A program made the position numbers and the translations under genes. A stretch of 63,657 nt of DNA, counting the filler, from Reclinomonas americana ATCC 50394 (Eukaryota), in the NCBI GenBank assembly GCA_048213135.1. It is 5 parts of 4 records of this genome, joined end to end, with 100 filler letters (N's around TTAATTAATTAA, not from the genome) between each part and the next. Parts side by side here need not be neighbours in the genome. Positions count along the whole stretch, not along the records: positions 37,840 to 57,444 come from PS015064.1; positions 57,545 to 62,351 come from PS015066.1; 3 more parts are not named here. The stretch is one strand, 5' to 3'. Positions within the stretch are counted from its first letter, which is position 1, and each line of letters opens with the position of its first letter. Shown here piece by piece: positions 44,620 through 58,694 of the stretch. The notes under the pieces were generated by a model. That model saw only the letters and a list, made by a program, of their open reading frames with translations, was not told the DNA's origin and ran no database searches.

Positions 44620-45093
44620 TCAGTTGTCGCTGGCATACATAATGGCATCGATGCGCACAATCAATGCCGTCTCCTCCACCGCACCTTGTGGCGCGTCGCT
44701 CAGTAGCACCAGTCCCTGCAAGCGGCGCGACTTGTTGTTGACTATGAAAACGGCCTTCAAGCCGCTCTCCGACACGCCACTGCTGGCACGAGTCAGCGCA
44801 CACGTTCTTCTTCGTGACGGGAAATGACCCACACGCAACGGAATGGCATTGCCGATTGACGCCACCATGGCTGTGCCGCCCACCACACGCGCCTGCTCAC
44901 TCAACGATCCCTCGGCACCCTGCAACTCAATGGTCAACATGGATCGTCTGGACCCAGCTTGCCATCTGCCTGCTTTCCCTCTCGCCTCCCTCATTCAACC
45001 ACTCTCTCATTTGATCGCTCTCGTCTCTTGTCAGCGTTTCTTGACCTCTCCCTGTGTCTGCCTGTCTTTGCGTTTCACTACCAACCTTCTATC

Positions 45094-45125
<32 letters not shown>

Positions 45126-48100
45126 TGTTGATCGNNNNNNNNNNNNNNNNNNNNGCCTTCACTCGTACCGCACCCTTCCTTCTATTGTCTCTCTCTCTCT
45201 CTCTCTCTCACACTCTCTCTCTCTCTCTCTCTCTATGTTGATCCATTTGCTCTCCAACCATACCCCAGTCAGTCGCTCATCACACTTCTTCTCAGTCTCG
45301 CGCTCAGTGCCGCTTTTCCTTGTCCGGCCTCATCCACAGAAACTCTCTTCCATTCGCCATTCCTCTAGCACTCTCCGTACACTCGTCCTCGTAGTGTTTC
45401 TTTGTTCTCGGCTCCCACCCAATCTCAAGTCCCTGCCTCTCCTTGTTTCTACCATGTCCCTCTCTTCGTATCTGTTTGTTGCCTTCTTGCGTGCACCGTA
45501 CCTCACCCTTCTCCGCTGATCTCTCTCTCCCTCTCTTCCCCCCTCCCTTCCCCTTACCCCTTTCCCCCTTTTACCCCTTCCCCCTTTCTCCCCTTTCTCC
45601 CCCTTCTCCCCCTTTCTCAACATACGGCCGCGGGGGGCGCAACACGACCTCCCCCCTCTCCCGAATCACCCGCGCCACCGCATCCATCGCCGTCGCCGTC
45701 TCCACCAGCGGCTGAAACTCGCCAAACACTCTCTGAAATCGCTCCGCCGGCATCTCCACCACCCGCGAGCTCCCATTCGGCATGGTCGCATGCAGCTCCA
45801 CTGTGCCCCACATTAGCCAGCACGCAAGGAAAGAGCTGTCTGTGGTCGACAAACACACACACAAACCATCGGCCAGCAGCACCTGCGCGCCACTCTTTGG
45901 TCGCGTGGGCACTGTGAGATTGAGGCTCTTTGGCAGCACTCCATTGCCGCCAGCCAGCACACTAGAGACGGCCACAAAGACAGGCTCCGGGTCGCGACTA
46001 CCACGCGAGTTGATGCGCACAATCGATGCAAAGGGCGTCTTCTTGTTGCTGCTGCCCATCACATTCATGCGCAAGAGACCGTGATAGGGTCCCGGTGGAG
46101 AGGCCGTAGGCAGTGTGCTCTCAAACTCCAGAGTCCACACAGGCTCGTTGGACCAGTGCAGCAGCGCGCGCACGGTTTCGTTGGCATCGGAGACCACTGC
46201 ATGCCTGTTGCCGATGAGAATGTGAGGCAAAACAAAACGTAAGCAAGCATGCATGCTCACACGCACAGTGCAAGTGGCACACTGGCGGCGATGGCAGCGA
46301 CAGCTGTCAGCGATTGGCGCCACCACAACATCGGAAGGAAAGAGTATGAAGGACAGGACGGTTCATTCATTGTCGCCCTGCAGTCTCTCGAAGTGCGGTC
46401 GGTCGCGAGGCCAGTGGCGACGAGGCGCCACGGGAGAGCAACGAAGAGGAGGGACCGGAGTTGGGCGTGATAAGTGGAGCCTTGCTTAATGGCGCCACGG
46501 TGGAGAGCGGTGGTGGCATGTCGCGATACGAGTGCAGGCGGTAGGTGGGTGCCACGGGTGCGGGCATGCGCGAGGGCACGAGCACGGACAGCGGTGCGTG
46601 ACTGCTGTTGACGGTGGTGGTCACCACGGGCGTGCTGCGCGGAAGTGGCGTGGCGAGAGGCGTGGAGGCGGTGGCCGGTCCGCCTCGCATCGATGCCGTG
46701 CTGCTCGTGTTGCTGGTGACGGAGAGCGGCGACAGTGGCAACGCAATGTTGGCAGGTGGCGCAATCGGTCCGGGGGTGACGTTGGACTTGTACAGGCGCT
46801 GAAGGATGCGACGCATGCCGGCCACCCACTTGGCGTAGTCCTCTGCCGTGGTGGCGAAGAGGGCCAGCGACTCGGACGACACGTCGGCAATTAGCGCAAA
46901 GCCGTACTCGTGCAGATCCACCGGTCCCATCGACTTCTCCTTGTCGGACAGGTCGGGAATGAGGCCAATGATTTTGACAGAGCGACGGACGTTGCGGCGG
47001 TGCGAGCCCCATTTGATGTAGCCGTCGCGCGTGGCCTGCGAGAGACAATGAGCGACAATCAACAGGACTCGGATGTCGACATGTGCCACACCTGCACGTA
47101 GCGTCGGTGCGCTGCACGACCCCATCGCCGCCGGATGCACTTGAACAGGTACGTTCCCTCACACACAAACAGCTCCTCCTCGGTCGGCATGTCCTCTCTG
47201 CATGTGGTCGGTCAACAACACGACGCCTTCGCAACCCTTCCCACCTCCGCAACGCAACGGACTGAGGGGCATGAGCGCCGTCCCTGAAGGCGACGACGCT
47301 CCACCGACGCCGGCTGGCTGCAAGCCGAGTGTAGGCATGCCTCGGAAGCCGTCGTCTTGACCATTTGAAAAATTGCCTGTGGCGTACTCTGGCGCACCGC
47401 CATTCGGATGCGGTGGCGTGACGAGTCGCTGCGGAAACTCCTACCAGCAGCGGTGAGCAATAAAATAGGACAAGACTCACTTGGGTGGCGATGGAGGCTG
47501 CACCTGCGGCGTGTTGGCGTTGCTCGGCAACTCGCCGTCGTCATCGAAATCGCCCAGTGGCAGCTTGCCGTCGGTGGCCTCACGCACACGCAGCACATCT
47601 GTAGTTTCGCGTGAGCTTTTTCTCGTTGCACACTCGCGCGGAGAGTGAGAGGCACGCACTAAAGTAATTCACGCGGCCCTGAAGAGCCGCCAGCAACTTG
47701 TTCCGATCGTGCGCCGACACGGCAAACTTGTAGTCGTGGTCGTTGGCGTACCGCAGCACCACCGTCGACGAATCGCGCACATCAAACTCAAACCCACTAA
47801 CGTCCTCGTATCGGTGCTGCGAGAAGAGCCGCAGCGACCCGCGATCCACGTGCCGAATGGTCGACTGCCCGAGATACAAGACTGCGGATCGCGTGGTCAG
47901 TCGACGATCGATCCACGACGAGTAGGATGGCGACGCACGATGCGCGTGTAACCGTCCGTGCCAATCGACGCCCTGCACCGAGAACTCAAACAAACACGCG
48001 TCCTCGGCCGACTGCGGCGGTGACAGGAGCGGATCGGACGAGGTGGCCAGCATCGATGTCGGAGTGCTCACGCGCGCCAGTCGATGCAACAGCCAGCTGA

Positions 48101-48770
48101 CAATCTCATCGCGTTCCTCGGACAAGTAGATGCGCTGCGGAGGGAGGAGGAGGAGGCGGCGATCGCTGAGTCGCCACAGGCAGCAGGAGAGAGCGATCAC
48201 AACACACAGACGCACTGCGGTTCCATCGACTGCCGACACGATGCGAAAGAGGTGTTCCGTGCGCGCATCGACACTGACACGCGCGACATCGACCAGCAAA
48301 ACGCGCGCAGCCAGCTCACCAGTGAACGGATCGAGGTCGAGAACATCCGAGTCGCGAAGAACCATCACTGATTGTGTGAGTGAGCACGCGTCCGATGTCG
48401 TATCAAGTCAAGAGAGTGAGCAAAACGCAACATCGAGTCAGCACTGCGCCTGATGACGTATACCGGAACACCGGCCACGACACTGCCGCACCCGACATCA
48501 GCTGTTGCTCTCTCACAAAGACACACACAAAGACGCACACTGGAGGAATTTTCGCACGAGCGGTGACTCTTTCATCGAAACGAGCCCGCGCTTTTCTGTG
48601 GAGCATGAGCACTCCACTGAGTCCTTCGCTTCTCCCGCCTGTTGCGCTGCTGCCAACGGCCACCTCCAGCATGCAAGTGACGCTCATTTGTCGTCCTCTG
48701 ATCTCCGCGGATGAGACCACTGTCAGTGGCGATGGTGCAGGCATTGGCGACAAGTACGGACTGGCCTTGT
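44620..48770 (-). CDS. Multi-PH-like domain protein; start uncertain
   Basis: Three PH-like segments ending in helices: IYLSEERDEIVSWL, YKFAVSAHDRNKLLAAL and SLALFATTAEDYAKWVAGMRRIL. S/T/P-rich linker and beta-rich C-terminal region. Confidence 0.65.
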
Positions 48771-48905
48771 CTGTTGCGTGTGCTGAGCAGACACACACAG
48801 AGAGAGCGCGCGCGCGCGCATGATGTGTTGTCGTGAAACACACAGAAGTGACCGTTATGATTCACGCTCTTTTTGTTCTCTCTCACGCGTGTGTGTGTGT
48901 GTTAG

Positions 48906-51900
48906 TCGTCGGGGCGACGTGAGGTTGGTTGGTCGTCGGCACCAGGGCCGCGGTGAGTGTTGAGTGTGAGTGCGTGGCAACATCAGCGCGGGAAATTCCA
49001 TCTGAATGCGATGCAGCTATGGTCACACGTGCATTGCGCGACCGGATGGACGTGCGGTGCTGTTTGGAGGCTTTGGATTGCATACGGCGACCAGTACAGT
49101 CGCTGGTAACACGGATGGTTTGCGTGCGAGCTGCTGCGGGCATCAATCGGCGTTGTTGTTGCAGGCAATGACTCTTCTTCNNNNNNNNNNNNNNNNNNNN
49201 NNNNNNNNNNNNNNNNNNNNNNNNNNNNNNNNNNNNNNNNNNNNNNNNNNNNNNNNNNNNNNNNNNNNNNNNNNNNNNNNNNNNNNNNNNNNNNNNNNNN
49301 NNNNNNNNNNNNNNNNNNNNNNNNNNNNNNNNNNNNNNNNNNNNNNNNNNNNNNNNNNNNNNNNNNNNNNNNNNNNNNNNNNNNNNNNNNNNNNNNNNNN
49401 NNNNNNNNNNNNNNNNNNNNNNNNNNNNNNNNNNNNNNNNNNNNNNNNNNNNNNNNNNNNNNNNNNNNNNNNNNNNNNNNNNNNNNNNNNNNNNNNNNNN
49501 NNNNNNNNNNNNNNNNNNNNNNNNNNNNNNNNNNNNNNNNNNNNNNNNNNNNNNNNNNNNNNNNNNNNNNNNNNNNNCTCTCTTGCTCTCCCAACCCTAC
49601 TCACCCAAGTTCATCACGTAGCCATCGCTAAAAGTGCCACGATGATCGGCACCGCCCCACACAAACATCTCCGACGCACTAATCATCACACTCGTGTGAT
49701 CGCGACGCGGCTGCGGGTGGTCGCCCGCAAACTCGATCTTGCTCCACTCCCACGTGCCTGTGACCGAGCAGAGCGTCACGCAACCCGCATGACACGACGC
49801 ACGAAAAAGAGACGCGTCACGCGCAACTCAAGTCCAACGCATACGTGCTGTCGGTCATTGTGACCAGCTGGCCACCACCAAACACCACCATGCGATTGCC
49901 GTGGTACACTGCCGTGTGACCGGAACGCGCCGACGGACGCGTCCCTCCACACGACATCTCTGTCCACGTAGTCGCGCCCAAGTTGGAGACCCACACATCG
50001 CCAAGCCATCGCGGCTCGTCTGCAGGAGCAANNNNNNNNNNNNNNNNNNNNNNNNNNNNNNNNNNNNNNNNNNNNNNNNNNNNNNNNNNNNNNNNNNNNN
50101 NNNNNNNNNNNNNNNNNNNNNNNNNNNNNNNNNNNNNNNNNNNNNNNNNNNNNNNNNNNNNNNNNNNNNNNNNNNNNNNNNNNNNNNNNNNNNNNNNNNN
50201 NNNNNNNNNNNNNNNNNNNNNNNNNNNNNNNNNNNNNNNNNNNNNNNNNNNNNNNNNNNNNNNNNNNNNNNNNNNNNNNNNNNNNNNNNNNNNNNNNNNN
50301 NNNNNNNNNNNNNNNNNNNNNNNNNNNNNNNNNNNNNNNNNNCAAGAGAGAGAGACAGGGAGACAGAGAGACAGAGAGAAAGAGACGGAGAGAGAGAGAG
50401 AGAGAGAGCAAGAGACAGAGAGAGGGAGAGCGAGAGAGAGAACAAGAGACGGAGAGAGGGAGAGATTGAGAGAGAGAGAGAGAGAGCAAGAGAGAGCCTT
50501 CTTCACCATTGGTGCCTCATCTTGAGGGATGCAAACAGACTTGTTGACGTGTCGGCGAGTGGATTTCCTCGGCGCCCTGCCTCGAGCCCGCCGCTTGCAC
50601 GCTGCCGTGCTGCTCGGGAATCGCTCTGTGCTGCTGCACGGTGGCATCTCGCAGGCCGAGCGTGTGCTGGACGACGCCTTTGTGTTTAACCTGAGTTGTG
50701 TGCCGCGCGTTGCATGTCGGTGATTGGCTGAGGCACGCACGTGCTCACATGCGTGCAGGTAACAATACGTGCAAGGAAGTGGAGCTGGCGGGATGTGTGG
50801 TCGGCGGTCGCTGCGGTCATTCGTTTGTGCGCCTGAGTGACCAGTCGGCGCTGATGCTGGGTGGCAAGGACACCACGACCTACAATGACGCCTACGTGCT
50901 TCGTCTTGGTGAGCAGCCACACTCTGGGAGATGCAACATGTCTGTCACTTTTGTGACACGCAGCCACGGGGTCATACAGGAAAGAGAGAAAGAGAATCTC
51001 CTTCACCAAGCACACCCGTTGTGCCTGTCCATTTTCGCTCTTTCACTCTCCGCGCACCCATTCCCCCTCACTCGTTCCCTTTGCGCCAACAGAAACGAGA
51101 GAGTCTTCTTCTCAAAAGCGCACTCTTTCCGACTGTCAGTTTCGCTCATTTACGCCACCATCTTACCTTCTTCCTCCCTCATTCACGCTCCTCTCATCCC
51201 TTCCCCCTCAATCATTCACGCCACTCTCCCTTCCTACACGCATACAGATAGCGAGAGAGCAAAGCACACTCTTTCCGACTGTCTGTTTCGCTCAATCGCA
51301 CCCCTCTCTTCTCTTCTTCCTCACCCTGCGCCACTCTCATTCCTTTTTCCTACACGCATGCAGGGAGCGAGACAGATCCTCCTTCTCCAAAGAACACTCT
51401 TTCCGACCGCCAGTCTCGCTCCCCCGCGCTCTTCTCATCCCTTGCCCTTACTCATTAACGCTCGTCTCACCCCATTCCCCCTTTGCTCATTCGCTCATTC
51501 ACGCCCCTCTCTTCCTTTTTCTCTTCAATCAGTCACGCCCTTCTCTCCCTTTCCATTCACACTTGCAGAGAGCGAGAGAGAATATCCTTCTCCAAAGTAC
51601 ACTATTTCCGACGCTCTTCTCATCCCTTTCCACTCATTCACGCCCTTCCCATCCCTTTTCCCTCCGCCTTCCTCCACCCCTTTCCCCCCTGTTTTCCCCC
51701 TCTCCCTCACCCCCCTTCCCCTTCTCCCTTCCCCAGAGGAGCTGGCGTGGATACGACCCGACATTCAAGGCCTGCTGCCGGAGCGATCGTGCCATTCACT
51801 GTGCAAGATCACCAAGCGCGGTGGGTGGCTGATCATCATGTTTTTCCACATGCTCCACGCACAGCTGAGCTTTCGTGCGCAGACATTGGGGGCACGGTGG

Positions 51901-54719
51901 ATGGAATCCTGTTTTTCGGCGGGCACAGTGTGGCCGAGACTCCCATGGGTGACGCGTATTTCCTGGAACTGCCCAACACGCTGCGCAACTCGCCACATGC
52001 CAAATCGCTGGCAGAGGGGACGTCGGGGTCAGTGCTCATCCTAGACAATCGTTGCGAGGGCACACACTAACGTCTCCACACAGCTATTACCGCGGTCCGC
52101 CCACACGTCCGTCGCCGCAACCGCCCAGCAGTGGCTCCGGACGCAGCAACATCAGCACCACTGACACCGCGACTGGCGGCGGCCCACCACCGTCGCCTAC
52201 ACGTCCGCGCTTGCAGCCGAATCCGTTCCAACCGTCGCCAGAGGAGCTGAGATCGCTCCGGCAGGCTCAGGAAATGGAGCGCGAGGAGAGACGCGCACCG
52301 TACGAGACGCTGAGCGACAGCAGCGCCTGGCGCACCAAGTCACCTGCAGTGGGCGAGGAGTCGGGCGCCACGCGTCACTCGTGGTACGATCCGCAGGTGA
52401 AGCGCCTGGAGATGTCGGAGCGCCGACTGGACGACGATCGTCGCATGCTCAGCAAATCACCCGCTCCAGTGTCGTCATTTTCGTCATCGAGCACTCCGGG
52501 AAATGGGCAGTCATCGTCGGCCTTGTCACGGTTCGGTGCGGACCGATGGGATGACACCATGAGCACGCTGCGCACGCTGCTGGCCAACCCCGACGGTCGT
52601 TCCTACGATGCCGGTGTTCGTGTGGAAGGGTGCGCTTTCAATGAGGGTGGTTTCTTGCAGACACTGCGGCTCACTGATTGTTGCAGGGCGAGTGGTGGTG
52701 CCACTGACTACGGATCACTGTCGAGGTACTTTGCTGCGTGTCTCGCTGCCAGAATCGTAGAGATGCTGACCATAGCGCGCTTCTCGCGGCAGCAGCAATG
52801 GCGCCACACCAGCAACGCAGACAACGCTGCTGTCTAGCCAGTCCAAGTTGCATTTTTTCCATGGATTCCTTGCCTGTGTGCGTCCCTTGACCCACCCTCT
52901 GTAATCCATGCAGTGCACCAGGTCTCTCGGCATCGGCCCTCGGCTCGACTCCTGCCCGGGAGCCGTTTAGGTACGGTGATCGAGGTTTGTCTCTCTCGGA
53001 TGGGGAAGGGATGACTGACATGTTTTTGCTGTCATGATCCAGGAGTACCATCAACACACCACAGGCGGCAGCGAATCGTAGTCGGTGAGCATTTCATTCG
53101 GTCATCCCCCCTTGCTTCTTTCATTGCATCCTCACACAAGCACCGCAGAGCGGAGGAGATCTCCGACCAGTATCGGTAAGAACTGATGAGATTGTTGTTG
53201 CTCGCACGCACACTGACGTTCTCTTGATTAGATCGCCATTTTCCTCCATGGGCTACCAATCGCCGTTGACGCTCGGGTACAGCGCCGAGTACGTCGCCTT
53301 ATTTTTCTCCCACGTGAAAAGTGGATACTTACCACTCGTTGACACTGCAGTCGGGAGGACGGGGATTCGCGGCGAAACGACGAACTGTTTACTCGTTCGG
53401 TCGCTGCGCAGTTGCGACAGGATGGCGAGCCACGCGCTCTCTTTGCCGAACCGGTGCCCGCACGGCCACTGAACCGACCACCATCGTCTGGCAATGGCGG
53501 CCGGCCACCCGCTCCCGACGACAGGTGCGAGCTGGCGCAACATGCCACACAAGTGTGTGTGTGCTGATATTTTTTGTGACCGTTGTGCAGTGAGCGGTGG
53601 CGAGCGGCCGCTGCTGATTTTAGTGCTGCTGCTGGTGGTGGTAGTGGTAGCGGAAGGAGTACTCCGCAGGAGAGCAACGGACCGTCGTTGTACCGCCTGA
53701 ATCCTCATCCGGATGTCACTCGGGCGTCGTTTGTGGGAATCGGCGCGCAGTCGACCCCGACGCAGTACACACGTGTGCATCTCGGCTCGATGCGCGAGGT
53801 TCCTGAAGTCAAGACGCCGCTCGATGTGTTCTCGCAAGTGTTTGCGTCACCGCGCGACACGCCGACGCGTCAGCCGCCACCAGTGGCACCCGCCGCCGCT
53901 GCCGCCGCCGCCGCCGCCTCCTCCATGTCTGCGCTGACCAATGTCAACTCCCCTCGTCGGCAGGTGCACTTTGCGCCCGAGGAAGGATCGCGGCAGCAAG
54001 TCCCGGCATCGCAGCAGCTCGTCGGTGCGGCCACGCCACCGCCACAGTCGTCCTTCGGCGCCAGAGGTCCAATCTACACACCGCCACTGGAGCGTCTGCG
54101 CGAGTTGCAGCAGGGCTCCACCAACGCTGCGTCGACTGGCCTGTCGCCAGCCTTTACCGAACGAGGTTTGCTTGCTTGCTCCTGTCATTCATCTTTTTCT
54201 TCCCCTTGTGCCTCAATCGCTGGCAGTCGATCGTTTCGGTCGGTACACGTCCACGGAGACGTACACACCACAGTCGTCCAGCATGAATCGTGCGCTGGAG
54301 ACTGTGCAGAGTCGCGATCCGATTGCGCCCATTAATGTTTCCGACTCGGTCGCGGTGCTGGTCCACACGGCCGGTCGCGAGGCCATGTGGCCGCCCGAGT
54401 TGCAGGATCAAGTCCTCGGCGTGTTGCACGAGAATGTTGCGCGCGCACATCCTCATGACAGCATCCACGCCAGTCGCTCACACCACCGTGTACGCTTGAA
54501 CAGGGCATTTATGTGATTCGCATGCTGATGCGCTTCTTTGACGAGCTCGAAATCATGGGCCTAAAGAGGCCCATTGTACGCATGCTTCAGCTGACCCTCC
54601 GTGGCCACTTGCCACTGGCTGGTGCGTATGGATCCACACGCGCACACACCGCGTTCTTGACAGCTCATCGCTTGCACACAGAACGCGACGCTTTTGCCTC
54701 GGTGCTGCAAGGCAGATGA
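48906..54719 (+). CDS. Kelch beta-propeller protein with long low-complexity region and possible C-terminal SAM-like domain; could be two genes
   Basis: Kelch blades PRYGHT..VLFGG, ARSGHT..VVFGG, PRRDHT..FVWGG, ARRLHA..LLHGG, GRCGHS..LMLGG, ERSCHS..LFFGG. Two of these blades lie on a reversed contig (49578-50031). The end VLHEN|GIYVIRML..DELEIMGLK is weakly SAM-like. Confidence 0.7.
51090..51620. repeat. Degenerate intronic tandem repeat, 4 copies
   Basis: GAGAGA..CACTCTTTCCGAC near 51121, 51267 and 51395, with a variant near 51600. Confidence 0.65.
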
Positions 54720-54868
54720 TAATCCCCCCACCTACCTTGTTCTTTACGATATTCAGCCCTCCACACCTGTGCGCGACGTGTGTTATGTTCTTCAAAGCGT
54801 TCTCTGTAAAATGATGGTGTTGTGAGGCACGACGCGATGTCGATCCGAGTTGTCCCAGTTCAACCAAG

Positions 54869-57178
54869 ATGCATTCGACAGCAGAGAGAACCGAGTTCGA
54901 TTACATTGTGGTCGGGGCCGGCTCGAGTGGCTGTGTGGTCGCAGAGAAGCTCTCTCGCAGTGAGACCGCACGAGTGTTGTTGCTGGAGGCTGGTGCGTCT
55001 CTCTGAGAATGTCACAGAGAGAAGAGTGGAGAGAGAGACTGATTGCATGCATGCAGGATGTGATGCGATGCCTGCGCATCTCGGCGAACCTCGCAAGTGG
55101 CCACTGGCTGCGTACTCGGCCTGCGACTGGCAACTACGTACAGTCGCACAGGCGCATTGTGGGAACCGGAGAGTGGCCATGTTGCAGGGCAAGGTGTGCA
55201 TGTCTATATGAGTGGAAGAGCGAGAGTGAGCGAGAGACTGATTGCCCGCGATCAAGGGAGTCGGTGGTGGCTCGGCAGTGAATGCCATGCTGTGGTTAGT
55301 GCCGCCGGCCAGTGACTTTCAGGCGTGGAATGTGGCCAGCTTGTCGGCGGAGAGAATGGAGCAGCATTTCGCACGAGTGGAGGTTGGTTTGTGCTCTGCT
55401 CTGGCTGTGATCGCATTGACACCAGCAGTGTGTGGCTTATATGCTGTGTATGTACGTGCAGCATGTCATGTTTGGCAGCGACGGTCCACCAGTCGTTCGC
55501 GACGATGATTGCTTCGTGAAGGCGTTCATGGAGGGCAGCTGCGTTGTGCATCTCTCCAGCGGTTTCCCATCGCAGGCTGCTGACTTGTGCGGTTACAGGC
55601 GTTCGCGCTGGTCTCGGGCGAGTGGAGGCAGCAGCACGGACACGATCGGGGCACACGTCGTTGGTCGGGGCGGCAGTCGAGTCGGTCGCTGGCAAGTGGC
55701 GGAGGCGATCCCCCTTCGATGCCTTTGTGCGTCCGGTGCTGGGTCGACGCTCCACACTGGAGCTGCGGTGCGGGGTCACAGTTAGGCGATTGTTGCTGAG
55801 TCGACGGGATGAGGACGGCGCTGTGATGTGCGAGGGCGTTGAGGTGGAGAGCGATGGTGTGCTGGAGGTCATTCGTTGCAATCGCGAAGTCGTGCTGTGC
55901 GCCGGAGCTATTCAATCACCCGCCGTTTCGTGAGCGCGAGGAGTGTGCTCATCATGGCAGCAGCTGCTTACATGCCGCACACAGATTCTGCTGCGATCTG
56001 GCGTCGGGCCTGTGGAGGAGTTGACTCGTGCCAGTGTGCACGTGTTTGTGGATCAACCGCAAGTCGGTCGCAACCTGTCGGACCACCTCGCCTTCCCCGT
56101 GATGAATCTACACAGCAAGCGCAGCCAGCACGATGGTAGGGTGAAGAGGAAGAACAAAGGCAACTCGCGCGCTTCGCTCGTCTCACACGCTGCCGCAGCT
56201 CCGCACGATTTCTCCGTCACCAGTCTGCCAGTGACGCGGCAGGGTGTGCAGGGGCAGGTGCTGGCCATGAACGGCGGCCGCGTGACTCCGTTTCTGTTGC
56301 CGTTCATCCTGATTGAGGCTGTGGCATCCATGCTGCTCGGGTGGTTTCCGCTGCTGCTGCGCTGTTTTTGCTCGATCATGTCGTGGTGCCTGTCAACGCG
56401 TCTCTACAGCTGGTTCGGCGACCTCCTACAGTACCTGCTCTGCTCTCGCGTCTCCGGCTACCTCGTCGTTCTGGTGCAGCCGTTCTCGCGTGGCGCTGTT
56501 CGGCTGAGGCACGACAAGCAAATCGACATTGACCCGGCGTACCTCTCCGACGAACGAGGTCTGCTCCACTTGGGGGAGGGGTGGGTGTACACAATGTTTG
56601 ACGATCGCGATCACTGCATGCAGACATCGAGGCGGTGTGTGAGCTAACGCAACACGTGCTGCGATTGCGCGAACGTGCGGCGGAGGCCTATGGCCGAGCA
56701 TTTGGCGCTCTGCTCAATCTATTACCGGGCTCGCTCGTCGCCATGCGACCACACGCGCTGCGCACCATGATCCAGCTCTCATGTCTCACCATGTTGCGTG
56801 GCCGTCGGCCTTGAGTTTCAACGTGGTGAGCGCAATGTGCTGATTTTCATGTTGCCTTTAGTTTCCACCCCACGGGAACATGTTGCGTCGCGTGTATGTG
56901 TCGCAGGGGGTTGTGGCGGCTGACAGATGTGAGCTACACAGGTGCGATGCGAGCGGTGGTCGACGAGGACTTCGCCGTGCTGGTACGTCTGCATTAGCGC
57001 AACGTACGCCTTCAAGAAAAGCTGACCGTGAGTGTTTTCCCTCTCGTCGCAGGGTGTGCGTGGTGTGCGCGTCGCCGATGCCTCAATCATGCCGCGGCCA
57101 GTGTCCGTCAACCCCAACGCCGCATGTCTGGCCATTGGCGACGCCGCCGCCGATGCTATCATCGCGCAACATCAATAA
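54869..57178 (+). CDS. GMC (glucose-methanol-choline) oxidoreductase
   Basis: [109 protein letters not shown]. Confidence 0.95.
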
Positions 57179-57297
57179 TAGAAGAAAGGGGTGTGTGTGT
57201 ATTCATATAATATGCAGTCGCTGTGTGCTGGGGGCAGGTGCAACAAGAGGCACGCACAGTCTACGAGGTGCGAAAGAGCGAAAGAAAGCGCGGCAAC

Positions 57298-57419
57298 TCA
57301 GCGCTTCTTCATGACAAACTCCTTCTCCTCGGTCTTCAGATCGCCAATGTAGTAGTGCGTGAGCGTGTCACGCGCGCGATCCGGGTGGTGCGGGCCATTG
57401 AAGCTGACCGTGTTGTCGG
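57298..57419 (-). CDS. Last exon of a cytochrome b5-like heme-binding domain protein
   Basis: ADNTVSFNGPHHPDRARDTLTHYYIGDLK matches the cytochrome b5 C-terminal D.T..F...H...A...L..YYIGDL motif. Confidence 0.75.
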
Positions 57420-57488
57420 CTACAACAAGAGTGAGTGCGCAGGGNNNNNNNNNNNNNNNNNNNNNNNNNNNNNNNNNNNNNNNNNNNN

Positions 57489-57500
57489 TTAATTAATTAA
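57489..57500. other. Artificial scaffold linker TTAATTAATTAA
   Basis: Same 12-mer within Ns. Confidence 0.97.
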
Positions 57501-57556
57501 NNNNNNNNNNNNNNNNNNNNNNNNNNNNNNNNNNNNNNNNNNNNAGAGAGAGGCAC

Positions 57557-57667
57557 CTGCTCTTTCTTGGCTCGCTTCTTCTGCGGGGCATTGGCTGCAG
57601 CGGCAGCAGAACACGACCCGCCATCGTCGTCAGCGGTGGCGGTGGAGGCCTTGCGAGTGCGCTTCAT
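57557..57667 (-). CDS. Probable first exon of a nuclear protein, truncated by the scaffold end
   Basis: MKRTRK..PQKKRAKKEQ (basic NLS-like clusters) followed by CAG|GTGCCT donor. Confidence 0.5.
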
Positions 57668-58208
57668 GAGATTGAAAAGAATAAAAACGTCGACATCGAC
57701 GTCGAGTCGATATCGACATCAATTGCATTTGCTCAAGAATTGCGTTCATTGTCATTCTTGAGCCCGGGCCCGCGCTGCGCGCGATGCTCGTGATGTCGAC
57801 ATGTCGGTATTTCAGTGGCCGTCCGGGCCCGTAAGGCATGCGGATGCATATGATCACAACGCCTCTGGGCTCGAGCGCTCAACATAAGTCTCAGGTTCGA
57901 CCCGAGGTGCATAATAATAATAGAAACTTCACTGATCCATACTCAACAATGAGCACCAGTGATCGCCAACAAGCTTCTTCCATAAGCATGGCCTAAAACG
58001 ATGACGCGGCGGCTGCTGCTTCGAATTCGATATCTGTAGATTCCTGGATTCCGCACATGCAGCACCCACTGCCATTACATCAACTTCACCTCGACTGCTT
58101 CTCTTTCTCTGTCGCCCTCTGACTCTACAGTACCGCGATTTCCCGCCAAAATCCGATCGCTCGCGAAGCGATATCCGCCCACACCCGTTGCAAATCTTCT
58201 TTTTGCGA

Positions 58209-58643
58209 ATGAGACCGTCGACCTCTGCCGTGCACCTCCTTCTGGCGCTTCTCATTGCTTGCATTGCGCTACTTGCCTTCACCGCAAATGCATCAGAAGC
58301 GTGCGTAACACACAAAGAGAGAGAGAGAGGGAAAGGAGAGACACGCACGTGCATGCACAGAGAGCATGAGAGAGAGAGAGAGAGAGAGAGAGCACATAGC
58401 ACGACTCGCCTTGCACTCTCTCACACTCTCTCACTCACTTTGCACTGTCTCTCTCTCTCTTCTCGCTCACTCGCATTCTCTCTCACTTCCTCTGTTCTTT
58501 CTCACACTCACTTTGCACTCACCTTCCTTCACTTAAACACTCATTATCCCTCACTTTGCACACACTTCCTCTCTCACACTCACTTGCACTCACATTCCCT
58601 CACTTTGCAACTCTCCCTGTTTCTCACTCTCTCTCCCTCCTCT

Positions 58644-58694
<51 letters not shown>

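Noticed and set aside
57860-57912. GGTTCGACCC, tRNA T-loop/B-box-like
   Set aside because: No cloverleaf could be built around it.
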